From NCBI GenBank assembly GCA_964513665.1, contig CAZEOE010000001.1:1-41358 (forward strand): 41,358 nucleotides of DNA. Reading direction: 5' to 3'. Below, piece by piece: positions 8,197-17,269 of the stretch. The translations under genes were made by a program, and so were the position numbers. Below the pieces are notes generated by a model. The model searched no databases and had not been told where the DNA came from. It was given only the letters and a program-made list of their open reading frames with translations. The stretch's first letter is position 1, and each line of letters starts with the position of its first letter. The DNA comes from Candidatus Woesearchaeota archaeon. GTDB lineage: Archaea > Nanobdellota > Nanobdellia > Pacearchaeales > GW2011-AR1.

Positions 8197-8547
8197 ATGA
8201 AACAAACTAAGGAAATTGCAATGAAGCTTAATTGGATACTTCTAGGTCTGGTAATGCTTATTCCAGGTCTTTTGAAGCTTTTCGTTATGAAACCTTCTGC
8301 AGTAGTTGGTATGCTCACAGGCATGGGCTTTCCTGCACCATCTTTCTTCGCATGGCTATTGATAATTTCAGAGATAGTCTTCGGAGCATTGATTTTGGCA
8401 AAATGGAAACTTCAGTATACGGTAATCCCTCCAATGATAATATTGGTAGTCGCAGCATTTACCGCAAGCTGGGGCAACTGGGCGAGCGTGCTTCTCCATC
8501 TTGTAGCAGTTACAGGTTATTGGGCATTAGGGGCAAACGCCAAATAA
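8197..8547 (+). CDS. DoxX-like small integral membrane protein
   Basis: 3-4 TM helices and an LLKLF-type N-terminal helix. GGAGGG lies 8 nt upstream of the ATG. Confidence 0.55.
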   Translation: MKQTKEIAMKLNWILLGLVMLIPGLLKLFVMKPSAVVGMLTGMGFPAPSFFAWLLIISEIVFGALILAKWKLQYTVIPPMIILVVAAFTASWGNWASVLLHLVAVTGYWALGANAK

Positions 8548-8583
8548 GCAAAGATTTTTAATTTATTTTTAATTTATTTTTTA

Positions 8584-9624
8584 ATGAAGAAATTGGTCGT
8601 CATCGGAGGAGGTTTTGCTGGCTCGTATGTTGCAAAATCGCTCGAGAACAAATTTCACACAACTCTAATAGACACAAAAAATTACTTTGAATTTACACCT
8701 GGAATACTTAGAACAATAGTAGATCCTACCCATATTAAAAAAGTTCAGGTTCTACACACTCATTATCTTAAAAGAACGAATATAGTGATTGGAGAGGTAA
8801 AATCGATAAACAAAAAATATGTATTTGTAAAAAACAAAAAGTTTTATTTTGACTATCTATTTATCTCCTCGGGTTCAAGTTACAATTCGCCTATAAAAGA
8901 AAAGGGTATAATCATAGCGACAAGAGCCAATCATCTAAGGGAGTGCTACGAATCTCTATGTAAATCAAATGATGTATTGATAGTAGGTGGAGGGCTTGTT
9001 GGTGTGGAGCTTGCTGCAGAGATAGCTCACCATTACAAAGGAGAAAAGAATATTTTTCTTGTCCACTCAAAAAACAAATTAATGGAGAGAAACCCAGAAA
9101 AAGTTTCTGAGTATGCAAAAAAATATCTTGAAAAGAGAAACGTTAAAATATTATTTAATGAAAAGTTAATTTCAAAAAAAGGAAAAATTTATTTTACAGA
9201 TAAAGGAACAAAAATAAAAGCAGATATAGCTTTTCTTTGCACAGGTATAGTCCCCAATTTTTCATTTATGAAGGGAGAGTTCTCAGAGTCTCTCAATGAA
9301 AAAAATCAGATAATTGTCAACGAATTTCTCCAGGTCAAAGGCACATATAACATCTTCTCAGCAGGCGATGTTAATTCTTTAAATATAGAAAAAACCGCGC
9401 AAAACGCAGAGCATCAGGCAAAGTTGGCTGTTAAAAATATCATATCAATGAAAGAAGGCAGAAATCTGATAGCATATAATAAAAAACAAACACCTCTAGT
9501 AATAAGCCTGGGCAGACACAACGGAATTTTCGTAGGAAAAAAAATAATATTTAAGAGCTTTATAGTATCTTTAATGAAATATGTCATAGAGAAGAAAGAG
9601 ATGCTAAAGAAAACGAAATTCTAG
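8584..9624 (+). CDS. FAD-dependent pyridine nucleotide-disulfide oxidoreductase (NDH-2/AIF-like)
   Basis: Two dinucleotide-binding motifs, VVIGGGFAGS and LIVGGGLVGVELA, plus a late AGDV motif. Confidence 0.75.
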   Translation: MKKLVVIGGGFAGSYVAKSLENKFHTTLIDTKNYFEFTPGILRTIVDPTHIKKVQVLHTHYLKRTNIVIGEVKSINKKYVFVKNKKFYFDYLFISSGSSYNSPIKEKGIIIATRANHLRECYESLCKSNDVLIVGGGLVGVELAAEIAHHYKGEKNIFLVHSKNKLMERNPEKVSEYAKKYLEKRNVKILFNEKLISKKGKIYFTDKGTKIKADIAFLCTGIVPNFSFMKGEFSESLNEKNQIIVNEFLQVKGTYNIFSAGDVNSLNIEKTAQNAEHQAKLAVKNIISMKEGRNLIAYNKKQTPLVISLGRHNGIFVGKKIIFKSFIVSLMKYVIEKKEMLKKTKF

Positions 9625-10913
9625 TTTTTTCTAGACACTATTTTTTTCTTTCCACCCATATATTTCTGCAAAACTTTAGGTATATTTATACTTCCGTCTT
9701 TGTTTTGATTGTTTTCCATTATAGCAACAATAGCTCTTGAGGTTGCAATGGCTGTGTTGTTAAGAGTATGCACAAATCTTCTCTCATTTTTCTCATCAAC
9801 GAACTTTATATTTAATCTTCTCGCTTGAGCCTCTTCCATATTTGTAACAGAAGTTATCTCAAAGAATTTGTTTTGTCTTGGACTCCACGCCTCAAGATCC
9901 GCACTTTTTGCCTTCAGATCCGATAAATCTCCGGAACAGCACTCCAGCTCTCTGATTGGAATCTCTAATTTTTTAAAAAGTTCTTTGCTCAAACTAAGTA
10001 ACTCATCATAAAATTTATACGAATCTTCAGGCTTGCATATAACTACCATCTCCTGCTTATTGAACTGATGAGTTCGATACAACCCCTTTTCATCAATGCC
10101 ATGACTGCCTATTTCTTTCCTGAAACACATAGAATACGAAGTCAGTTTAATAGGCAGGTCTTTTTTTTCAATCGTCTTGTCCTTGAACATTCCTATAAGA
10201 GGGTGTTCTGAAGTGGCTATCAAATATAGGTCTTCTCCTTCAATTTTATAAGCCATCTGCTCTATTTCAGCATTAGAGTATACCCCTCTCAGCACATCAC
10301 CTCTTATCATCAATGGAGGCTCAACATACAAATATCCCTTAGATATCATAAAATCTCTTGCATAATTTATCAGCGCAGAATTAAGAAGAGCAAGATCTCC
10401 AATCATAAAATAAAAACCGTTTCCAGAAATAATTGCAGAAGATTCAAAGTCAAGGATTCCCAACTTTTCACCCAGCTCGCTATGGTTTTCTATCTCAAAT
10501 TCATACTTCTTTATTTTTCCTATTTTTTCTCTCTCAACATTTTCCGCAGAGTTTTTCCCGATAGGCACACTCTTATGGATTATATTTGGTATCTTAAGCA
10601 TTATAGAATAAATTTCCTCTTCCAATTTTTTTGTTTTTTCTTCAATTTCTGAGATTTCTTCAGGTATTTTTTTAGCTTTTTCTTTCAGTTTCTCAGCATC
10701 TTTTTTCTTTCCAGCCTTTATCATATTCGATATCTCCGAAGATATCTTGTTTCTGGAATGTCTCAAATCATCTGACTTTTTCTTAAGTTCTCTCCATAAA
10801 CTATCTTTCTCAACAACTTCATCAACAAGCTCAAGTCTGTCTTCCTGGAACTTCTTCCTTATATTCTCTTTTACAAGTTCGGGATTATCTCTCACAATTT
10901 TTATGTCTATCAC
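9621..10913 (-). CDS. serS: Seryl-tRNA synthetase
   Basis: N-terminal coiled-coil arm and class II motifs (TSEHPL, MCFRKEIGSHG, NNTAIATSRAIVAIMEN). GTG start. Confidence 0.9.
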   Translation of the reverse strand: MIDIKIVRDNPELVKENIRKKFQEDRLELVDEVVEKDSLWRELKKKSDDLRHSRNKISSEISNMIKAGKKKDAEKLKEKAKKIPEEISEIEEKTKKLEEEIYSIMLKIPNIIHKSVPIGKNSAENVEREKIGKIKKYEFEIENHSELGEKLGILDFESSAIISGNGFYFMIGDLALLNSALINYARDFMISKGYLYVEPPLMIRGDVLRGVYSNAEIEQMAYKIEGEDLYLIATSEHPLIGMFKDKTIEKKDLPIKLTSYSMCFRKEIGSHGIDEKGLYRTHQFNKQEMVVICKPEDSYKFYDELLSLSKELFKKLEIPIRELECCSGDLSDLKAKSADLEAWSPRQNKFFEITSVTNMEEAQARRLNIKFVDEKNERRFVHTLNNTAIATSRAIVAIMENNQNKDGSINIPKVLQKYMGGKKKIVSRKN

Positions 10914-10934
10914 CCTCAGACAACCATCGCCAAT

Positions 10935-10942
10935 TTTATAAA
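10935..10942. promoter_or_regulatory. Shared central TATA (TTTATAAA) of a 50-bp divergent spacer
   Basis: Exactly 21 nt from the serS start (10913) and 21 nt from the start at 10964. Confidence 0.55.
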
Positions 10943-10963
10943 CTTAACTTTCCAGCTAATTAC

Positions 10964-11581
10964 ATGGCATTAGGGGGATTCAATATATTAAATATCATTT
11001 CCAGTTCTTTCTCAAACTTTTATCTGAACTATGACGTTATTCTTATAGCTTTTTTACTAGCGGTAGCATCACTATTCATTTTCTTTTTTTTCAAGTCTAC
11101 ATCAAAGATGAATATAATAGATTTGAATCTAAACAAATATAATCTTTCAAGACACCCTCTTGCGAGAAAGACCGTAGCCATATTATTTTTTCTTCTAGAA
11201 TATATCATTATAATGCCAATAATACTAATGTTGTGGTTTACAGCCCTATCAATAATTCTTCTTTTTATAGCAAGAGAAAGGAGTATAGAAGAAATATTGT
11301 TTATATCTGCGGCGTTAATAGGAGCGATAAGATTTCTAGCATATCTAAATAGGGAAATTTCAATCGATTTAGCAAAATTATTCCCATTCATAGCGCTTTC
11401 TGTCTTCCTGCTTTCTCCAGGTGTGTTTGACCCTTATAAGTTTATATCCCAAATTTCTCAGGTGCCGTTGCTTCTAAGCAATACTTTATCATTTTTCGTG
11501 TCAATCCTTATTGTTGAAGTCATTCTAAGGTTTATTTACACATTATACGAGTTCTGGCAAAGTGAAGATGTAGAAGAATGA
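10964..11581 (+). CDS. Polytopic membrane protein, function unknown
   Basis: About five hydrophobic helices. Correct TATA spacing upstream. Confidence 0.6.
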   Translation: MALGGFNILNIISSSFSNFYLNYDVILIAFLLAVASLFIFFFFKSTSKMNIIDLNLNKYNLSRHPLARKTVAILFFLLEYIIIMPIILMLWFTALSIILLFIARERSIEEILFISAALIGAIRFLAYLNREISIDLAKLFPFIALSVFLLSPGVFDPYKFISQISQVPLLLSNTLSFFVSILIVEVILRFIYTLYEFWQSEDVEE

Positions 11582-11582
11582 T

Positions 11583-11783
11583 TTAATCAAACAAAAACGC
11601 CCGACCCTTCAGAATACAAACAGATCCATAAACGCCCGCAATAATGCAACACACACCTATAACATGCGTCACTAAATTAGGAGAAAGTCTGTTAAGTAAG
11701 ACAAAGCCTGCACCAAGGAAAACAAGTACAGAGAACTTATCAGCCATATTCCAATCAACATATTTCTCTTTTTTTCTTTTCAT
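11583..11783 (-). CDS. Small two-TM membrane protein
   Basis: Two hydrophobic helices. Its start overlaps the ileS stop by 4 nt. Confidence 0.5.
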   Translation of the reverse strand: MKRKKEKYVDWNMADKFSVLVFLGAGFVLLNRLSPNLVTHVIGVCCIIAGVYGSVCILKGRAFLFD

Positions 11784-14590
11784 ATTTTTTTGAACTCCAC
11801 CTTTATTTTCTTATCTCTTATATCAAACTTATCCTCTTTATCAATCTTACCAAAAGCTATATTTTTGGCGTTAACCCTCTCCTCCAGAAATTTTTTCTGA
11901 TTCAGGAGCATATTCTTTAACTCATCATCACACTCTATCCTAAGCTCTATCTTATCTATCTTTTCAAGTCCTTCTTTTTTTCTCTCAGCCTGAATTTTTC
12001 TCGCAAGTTCCCTTGCGAATCCTTCAGATTCAAGTTCTTTAGTCATTTCAGTGTCAAGTTTTACCTCAATAGACTTTGAATCAATTTTATTCCATACTAT
12101 TTTTTTTACATTCAATTGACTCATTAGAAGCTCATCAAGGTCTTCGATCTTTCCCTCAGGAAGGTCTATCTCAGCCTTCGCAAGAGGCCATTTCAAGCCT
12201 ATTTTAGCCCTGTCTCTTGCAAACATACCGCTTTCAATTATCTTCTTCATAACCTCAAATTTCTTTTCAGTAGAGTCATCGATTTTTTTCTTGTCAGCCT
12301 TTGGCCAAGAACTTAGGAAAACACTCTCTTCACTCACTATGCTTTTCTCCTTCAACTTGGCCCATATGAATTCACTTATAAAAGGAACGATCGGCGCAAA
12401 CATCTTTATCATGGAAACATAACACAAAGAAAGAACATATTTTACCGAATCATCTTCCTCAGATATTCTATCTCTTGTCAGCTGTATATACCCTCTGCTT
12501 AAATCATTAAGGCAAAAGTCAAGCAATATCTTTGTAGCCTGGTGCGGATGCAGAGTTTCGAGCTCTTCACTGAATTTTTTTATTGTCGAGTTTAATCTGG
12601 AAAGTATCCATCTATCCTCAATTTTGTAATCTTGAGTTTTTTTAGAGTAAGACACAAGTCTTTCCATATTCAGCAATATGTTTAAATTGTTTGTCGGTTC
12701 CTTTACAACATTATATCCAAATTTTAATTCCTGCGCAGGATTTTGAAGAGCATATAAAAGCCTCATAGGATCTGCCCCTATTTTTTCGACAGCATCATCG
12801 AACCATATAGCATTACCCTTACTTTTATGCATTTCATCACCTTTTTCATCTTTCAAAGTTTCATATCCAAAAATAGCCTTCATGGGAGCCTTTCCCGTCA
12901 AGGCAACAGAAGACCAGAACAATGCATTAAACCAGCCCCTATATTGCCCAGGCATGTTTTCTGATATCAAATCGGCAGGGAACCACTCCTCCCAATAATT
13001 TCTATCTTCCAAATAGTTGAGGGTGGAAAAAGGAACGATTCCAGCATCAAGCCAGGCATCTCCAACATCTTTTACTCTTTCAACTTCTCTTTTACATTTT
13101 TCGCATTTTATTTTTATTTCATCTATCCAAGGTCTGTGTATCTCTGGAAGATTTTCAACTTTATTTTTATCTACAGCCCTTTGTTTAAGTTCATCAAGAC
13201 TGCCTATAACTTCAACGTGACCGCACTCACATTCCCATATAGGTAACGGCAAACCCCAGTACCTTTTTCTTGAAATCAACCAATCTCCCAAATTCTTAAA
13301 CCACTCTTTCTGCCTTACTTTTCCATACTCAGGAAACCATTTGACTTTATTATTTGCTTTTATAAGCTCTTTTCTTATATCCTTACATTTAATATACCAT
13401 TCATCTACAAGTCTAAAAACTAATTCCTCTCCACATCTCCAACAATGCGGATATCTGTGTTTATACGGAACTATTTTATATACGAATCTTCTCTGTTCCA
13501 AATCAGAGAGCACAGCCTTGTTTACTTCACTATATTTTTTCAAACTAAATTCTTCATATCCTTCCTTATAAATTCCAGATTCATCAAGAGGAGATATAGC
13601 AGGCAATTTTTCTTTCTTTCCTAAGTCAAAGTCTTCTGCACCACATCCTGGGGCAATATGCACTATTCCTGTTCCGTCTTCTCCTGTAGCTAAATCCCAC
13701 AAAACAACTTTATGCGGAGATTCCTTCTGCTGTTCAAGGCTTGAATAAGGCATGATATATCTTATACCCTTCAAAGACCTTCCCTTTCTCTTTTCAAGGA
13801 TTTCATATTGCCCTTCTATCTCAGAAAGTCTTGATTCTGCAAGCCAGTATTTCACGCCTTCATTATTTATTTTCACATATTCTAGATTAGGGTTAACGGC
13901 TATAGCTACATTCGCAGGAACAGTCCACGGAGTCGTTGTAAAAATAAGGAAGTATTCATCAGGCCTTTCAGACAACGGAAACTGCATAAATAAAGCAGAA
14001 TGCGTAACCTCTTTGTAACCCTCAGTAGCTATATCATGCTTCGAACTAGCCGTGCCACATCTCCAGCACCAAGGCACAGCATCTTTCCCTTTGTAAAGCC
14101 AGCCCCTTTCAAAATATTTCTTAAGCAAATGCCAGTTATGGAGATTATTTTTATCTACCATAGTATAATAGCTGTTTTCCCAGTCCATCCATTGTCCTAG
14201 TCTGATAGACTGATTTTTTTGTATCTCTGAAAATTTCTGGACTCTTTTCTTACATGCCTGTACAAAATTAAGTAAACCATATCTCTCTATATCTGCCTTG
14301 TTTTTCAATCCAAGATCTTTTTCTTCCTCTCTTTCAACCCATAAACCTTGACAATCAAACCCGTTTTGGAATCTCTGATCAAATCCCTGCATAGCCTTGA
14401 ACCTTTGATATATGTCCTTGTATGTCCTGCCCCATGCATGATGGACACCCATAGGATTATTCGCCGTTATAGGTCCATCTATAAAGCTCCATTTTTTCTT
14501 TCCCTTTATTTTCTTCCGAAGCTTCTCAAATATCGCTTTCTCGTCCCAAAAAGACAATATTTCCTTTTCAATTTCCTGGGGCTTATACAT
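11780..14590 (-). CDS. ileS: Isoleucyl-tRNA synthetase
   Basis: HIGH-region sequence PMGVHHAWGRTYKD, a KMSKS variant (EMHKSKGN), a CP1 editing insertion and zinc-type CWRCG motifs. Confidence 0.9.
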   Translation of the reverse strand: MYKPQEIEKEILSFWDEKAIFEKLRKKIKGKKKWSFIDGPITANNPMGVHHAWGRTYKDIYQRFKAMQGFDQRFQNGFDCQGLWVEREEEKDLGLKNKADIERYGLLNFVQACKKRVQKFSEIQKNQSIRLGQWMDWENSYYTMVDKNNLHNWHLLKKYFERGWLYKGKDAVPWCWRCGTASSKHDIATEGYKEVTHSALFMQFPLSERPDEYFLIFTTTPWTVPANVAIAVNPNLEYVKINNEGVKYWLAESRLSEIEGQYEILEKRKGRSLKGIRYIMPYSSLEQQKESPHKVVLWDLATGEDGTGIVHIAPGCGAEDFDLGKKEKLPAISPLDESGIYKEGYEEFSLKKYSEVNKAVLSDLEQRRFVYKIVPYKHRYPHCWRCGEELVFRLVDEWYIKCKDIRKELIKANNKVKWFPEYGKVRQKEWFKNLGDWLISRKRYWGLPLPIWECECGHVEVIGSLDELKQRAVDKNKVENLPEIHRPWIDEIKIKCEKCKREVERVKDVGDAWLDAGIVPFSTLNYLEDRNYWEEWFPADLISENMPGQYRGWFNALFWSSVALTGKAPMKAIFGYETLKDEKGDEMHKSKGNAIWFDDAVEKIGADPMRLLYALQNPAQELKFGYNVVKEPTNNLNILLNMERLVSYSKKTQDYKIEDRWILSRLNSTIKKFSEELETLHPHQATKILLDFCLNDLSRGYIQLTRDRISEEDDSVKYVLSLCYVSMIKMFAPIVPFISEFIWAKLKEKSIVSEESVFLSSWPKADKKKIDDSTEKKFEVMKKIIESGMFARDRAKIGLKWPLAKAEIDLPEGKIEDLDELLMSQLNVKKIVWNKIDSKSIEVKLDTEMTKELESEGFARELARKIQAERKKEGLEKIDKIELRIECDDELKNMLLNQKKFLEERVNAKNIAFGKIDKEDKFDIRDKKIKVEFKKI

Positions 14591-14736
14591 AGTTGAATTT
14601 CTCCATAATCGTATTTATATCTTTCTAAAACCCTAGTCTAATAGATAATCTCAACACAAACAATTATATCAAAAAGTCTACAATGCAATGTTATGCGGAA
14701 AGCTATAAGTTGCTTCGCACTGATTTTTACAATTAT

Positions 14737-15591
14737 TTAACGTATCTCTTTTTGATGAATAGCCAAATATCTTCTAAGATAATATGAAACAAATGAATCT
14801 TCGTCTTTTTGAAGTGCCTTATAGTAGGATTTTCTTCTTTTATATTCAATTATCATCATAGGATATTTAGAATGCCATAAAATCTGATTCATAAGCAATC
14901 TGCCTATCCTTCCATTTCCATCTCCAAATGGATGGATTTTTTCAAATTTATAATGCGCCCTTGCAGACAATTCAACAGGATTAAGATCTTTATTTTCATT
15001 AATATAATCAATTAACTCCCTCATCATTTTTTCAATTTCTTGCCAATCAGGAGCGAGATAGTTGCCAACTCTCACTAGATAATCTCTAAATTGGCCAGAT
15101 ATATCTGACTTTGTTTCTTGAAATATGGCTTTATGCCAATTCAAAAATAATTCTCTATTAATCTCTTCTCTTTTTTCAAGCATTTTAAGAAATACCTTGC
15201 TATGAGCTTCAGTTTCTTTCACATCTCTTAGAGGTTTATTTGGAGAGATTTTATCGTGAATGATTTCACGAGTTTCTTCTAAAGTTATAGTTGAACCTTC
15301 AATTGCATTTGTATTGTAAGTAAAAGCAATAGAAATTTCTTCAAGCTCTTTTTTTCTAACACTTTCAGGCGTTCTTGACCATTCTTTTTGAAAGTTACGT
15401 TTTATTGATTCTAACTTTTTGTCTAAATTTTGTTTAAGTTCTTTTAAGAATAATCTTTTTATTTCTTCTATATTTCTAGGAGATTCCTGTCCCAAATATT
15501 TCTCTTTAGTCACAACCTTCTTGTCTTTTCTATAAGAGTGTTGTAAGTATAGGTATTCTTTTGTTCCTTTTTTTCTCTTTATAATTCTCAT
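14737..15591 (-). CDS. Fic-family protein (class II, internal inhibitory helix)
   Basis: Canonical Fic motif HPFGDGNGRIGR and an upstream TNAIEG that matches the (S/T)xxxE(G/N) inhibitory motif. Confidence 0.85.
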   Translation of the reverse strand: MRIIKRKKGTKEYLYLQHSYRKDKKVVTKEKYLGQESPRNIEEIKRLFLKELKQNLDKKLESIKRNFQKEWSRTPESVRKKELEEISIAFTYNTNAIEGSTITLEETREIIHDKISPNKPLRDVKETEAHSKVFLKMLEKREEINRELFLNWHKAIFQETKSDISGQFRDYLVRVGNYLAPDWQEIEKMMRELIDYINENKDLNPVELSARAHYKFEKIHPFGDGNGRIGRLLMNQILWHSKYPMMIIEYKRRKSYYKALQKDEDSFVSYYLRRYLAIHQKEIR

Positions 15592-15598
15592 ATTAATC

Positions 15599-15650
15599 TT
15601 ACCATTACAAACTATATAAATATTGTTATTATAGTATAATGTAATGGTAA
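15599..15650. promoter_or_regulatory. Palindromic operator-like element enclosing the Fic TATA box
   Basis: Perfect 11-bp inverted repeat ttaccattaca (15599-15609) / tgtaatggtaa (15640-15650), with inner arms actata/tatagt. tatataaa (15613-15620) lies 21 nt from the ATG at 15591. Confidence 0.6.
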
Positions 15651-15695
15651 TGCTATGATTCGACTTTAGAAATTTTTACTTAATCTCAGAATTAT

Positions 15696-15953
15696 TCACC
15701 TTCTCCTTGTCCAATTTTTATCAAAGCTTTTCCAGTAGGAAACGCCTGAAATAATAGCGATAAAAAGACAGCTAAAAAAATACGAAAATTCAAGAAAGAA
15801 TAAGGATATGATTGAAAAAATTACGGAAATAACCATTAAAGTCAAAAACCATTTTCTTCCTTGGACAAGTTCATCTCTGCACATCCAGGCTATCCAATAT
15901 CCAGCAGGAACACCTAAGATTAAAAGCAAAACCACATAAAAGTATTCGTTCAT
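15696..15953 (-). CDS. Small membrane protein (3 TM)
   Basis: Hydrophobic ORF with its own TATA (atttaaat, 15975-15982) at 21-nt spacing. Confidence 0.55.
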   Translation of the reverse strand: MNEYFYVVLLLILGVPAGYWIAWMCRDELVQGRKWFLTLMVISVIFSIISLFFLEFSYFFSCLFIAIISGVSYWKSFDKNWTRRR

Positions 15954-15993
15954 AACTTAAGAGATTTATTTTTTATTTAAATATATCTAATAC

Positions 15994-16557
15994 TTACAAG
16001 TCATCGTCAAGTATTTCTATTTCCCTATCGGAAGAGAGATGTTTAAACTTATCATCAGAGTTTTCTTTTTTCTGTACAAAGTTCCCCGCCACAGGTTTAT
16101 TGAAATCTCTCCCATCTTTCCTTAAATTAACTCCAAGAGCCTGCTGTATTTTATTTATTAAAACAAAATCAGGCGAGGGCAATATACCAAATTCAAGTTT
16201 TTGAATAGATTCTTCACTTTCTCCAGAAAGCTTAGATAGCTGTTTCCTCGTTATACCTTTTCTTCTTCTTTCAGAGCGAATAACCCAATGAAAGTTCTCA
16301 ACAAGCTCAGAAAGAACCTGTTTTTCCTGCCATGTATGCGGTTTTTTCAAGTATTCCATAGGATGCTCCTTTCCCCGCATCATCATAGAAGTTGGAACTT
16401 TTCCAACATTTTTATGTTCCTCAGAATTTCTGTTTATTTGAGGTCTTTTAAGTATAGGCAGGCTTTCGCGTCTGGCGTAAGATTCACTAACACTAACAAT
16501 TTTTCCGTTTTCTATTGCCTCAACAATCCTCTCCCCCGAATCATCACTGTCCCCCAT
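15994..16557 (-). CDS. XRE-family HTH protein (MBF1-like C-terminus, no zinc ribbon)
   Basis: RRRKGITRKQLSKLSGESEESIQKLEFG is a Cro/C1-type HTH, followed by KIQQALGVNL. Confidence 0.55.
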   Translation of the reverse strand: MGDSDDSGERIVEAIENGKIVSVSESYARRESLPILKRPQINRNSEEHKNVGKVPTSMMMRGKEHPMEYLKKPHTWQEKQVLSELVENFHWVIRSERRRKGITRKQLSKLSGESEESIQKLEFGILPSPDFVLINKIQQALGVNLRKDGRDFNKPVAGNFVQKKENSDDKFKHLSSDREIEILDDDL

Positions 16558-16588
16558 AGACTATAAAGAAAATATGGCTTTTTATTGT

Positions 16589-17269
16589 TTATTGCTTTGC
16601 AATTGTATTGTTGTTATCTAAATATGCTTCTATTTCGTCTATAGATGGTACTTCACCATCACTAATTTTCTTCTCATTTACTACTATAGCAGGAGTCTCA
16701 ACCACACTATATTTTTTCATAAGCATATTAACAGATTCCAAGTCTAAATTGCCTGCAATTGGCACTAATAACAAATCGCTACCTCTTTCCTCTTTCAAAT
16801 CCGTAAGTATTCTTGATATTGTGGCTTGTCTAGCTTTAGTCTCTATATCTTCAACAGCATAATCAAAGAAATAAACTATAGTATCAAAGTCATGCTCACA
16901 TTTGCGGTTAGTATATGTGCTGTCCGCCAGGAGAAGAACCCTTAATAAATCATATTTTTTATGTATCTCCTTTAAACTGTCTCTGAATTTGTTAGAAGAA
17001 TCATATTTTTCGAGTTCCTTAACTTCCAAATAAATTCTGTCTGCAAATTCAAAATAGCTTTCTTTTATTGTCTGGCAGTCTATATCGGAAGTCTCAACAA
17101 GTTTTATTCTTGTTTGTTCATCCAATAGACTTATTTCAGATTTTACTATAGATCTCTCTACTTCTCCTATTCTTCCGTCTTCTATAAAAAATCCGATCAA
17201 AAGCCCTATGGAGAAGACCAAAATTGCGAACAAAAGCGCCTGCCAAAACGAATTCTTAGGATTTACCAT
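16589..17269 (-). CDS. Membrane-anchored hypothetical protein
   Basis: N-terminal TM anchor. It overlaps the GT2 gene stop by 7 nt, an operon-like arrangement. Confidence 0.55.
   Translation of the reverse strand: MVNPKNSFWQALLFAILVFSIGLLIGFFIEDGRIGEVERSIVKSEISLLDEQTRIKLVETSDIDCQTIKESYFEFADRIYLEVKELEKYDSSNKFRDSLKEIHKKYDLLRVLLLADSTYTNRKCEHDFDTIVYFFDYAVEDIETKARQATISRILTDLKEERGSDLLLVPIAGNLDLESVNMLMKKYSVVETPAIVVNEKKISDGEVPSIDEIEAYLDNNNTIAKQ

Noticed and set aside
8232-8561. 109-aa ORF overlapping the DoxX-like gene in another frame
   Set aside because: The alternative frame of a membrane gene gives an Arg/Ser-rich, non-protein-like sequence. The DoxX frame has the SD/ATG context and clear TM helices.
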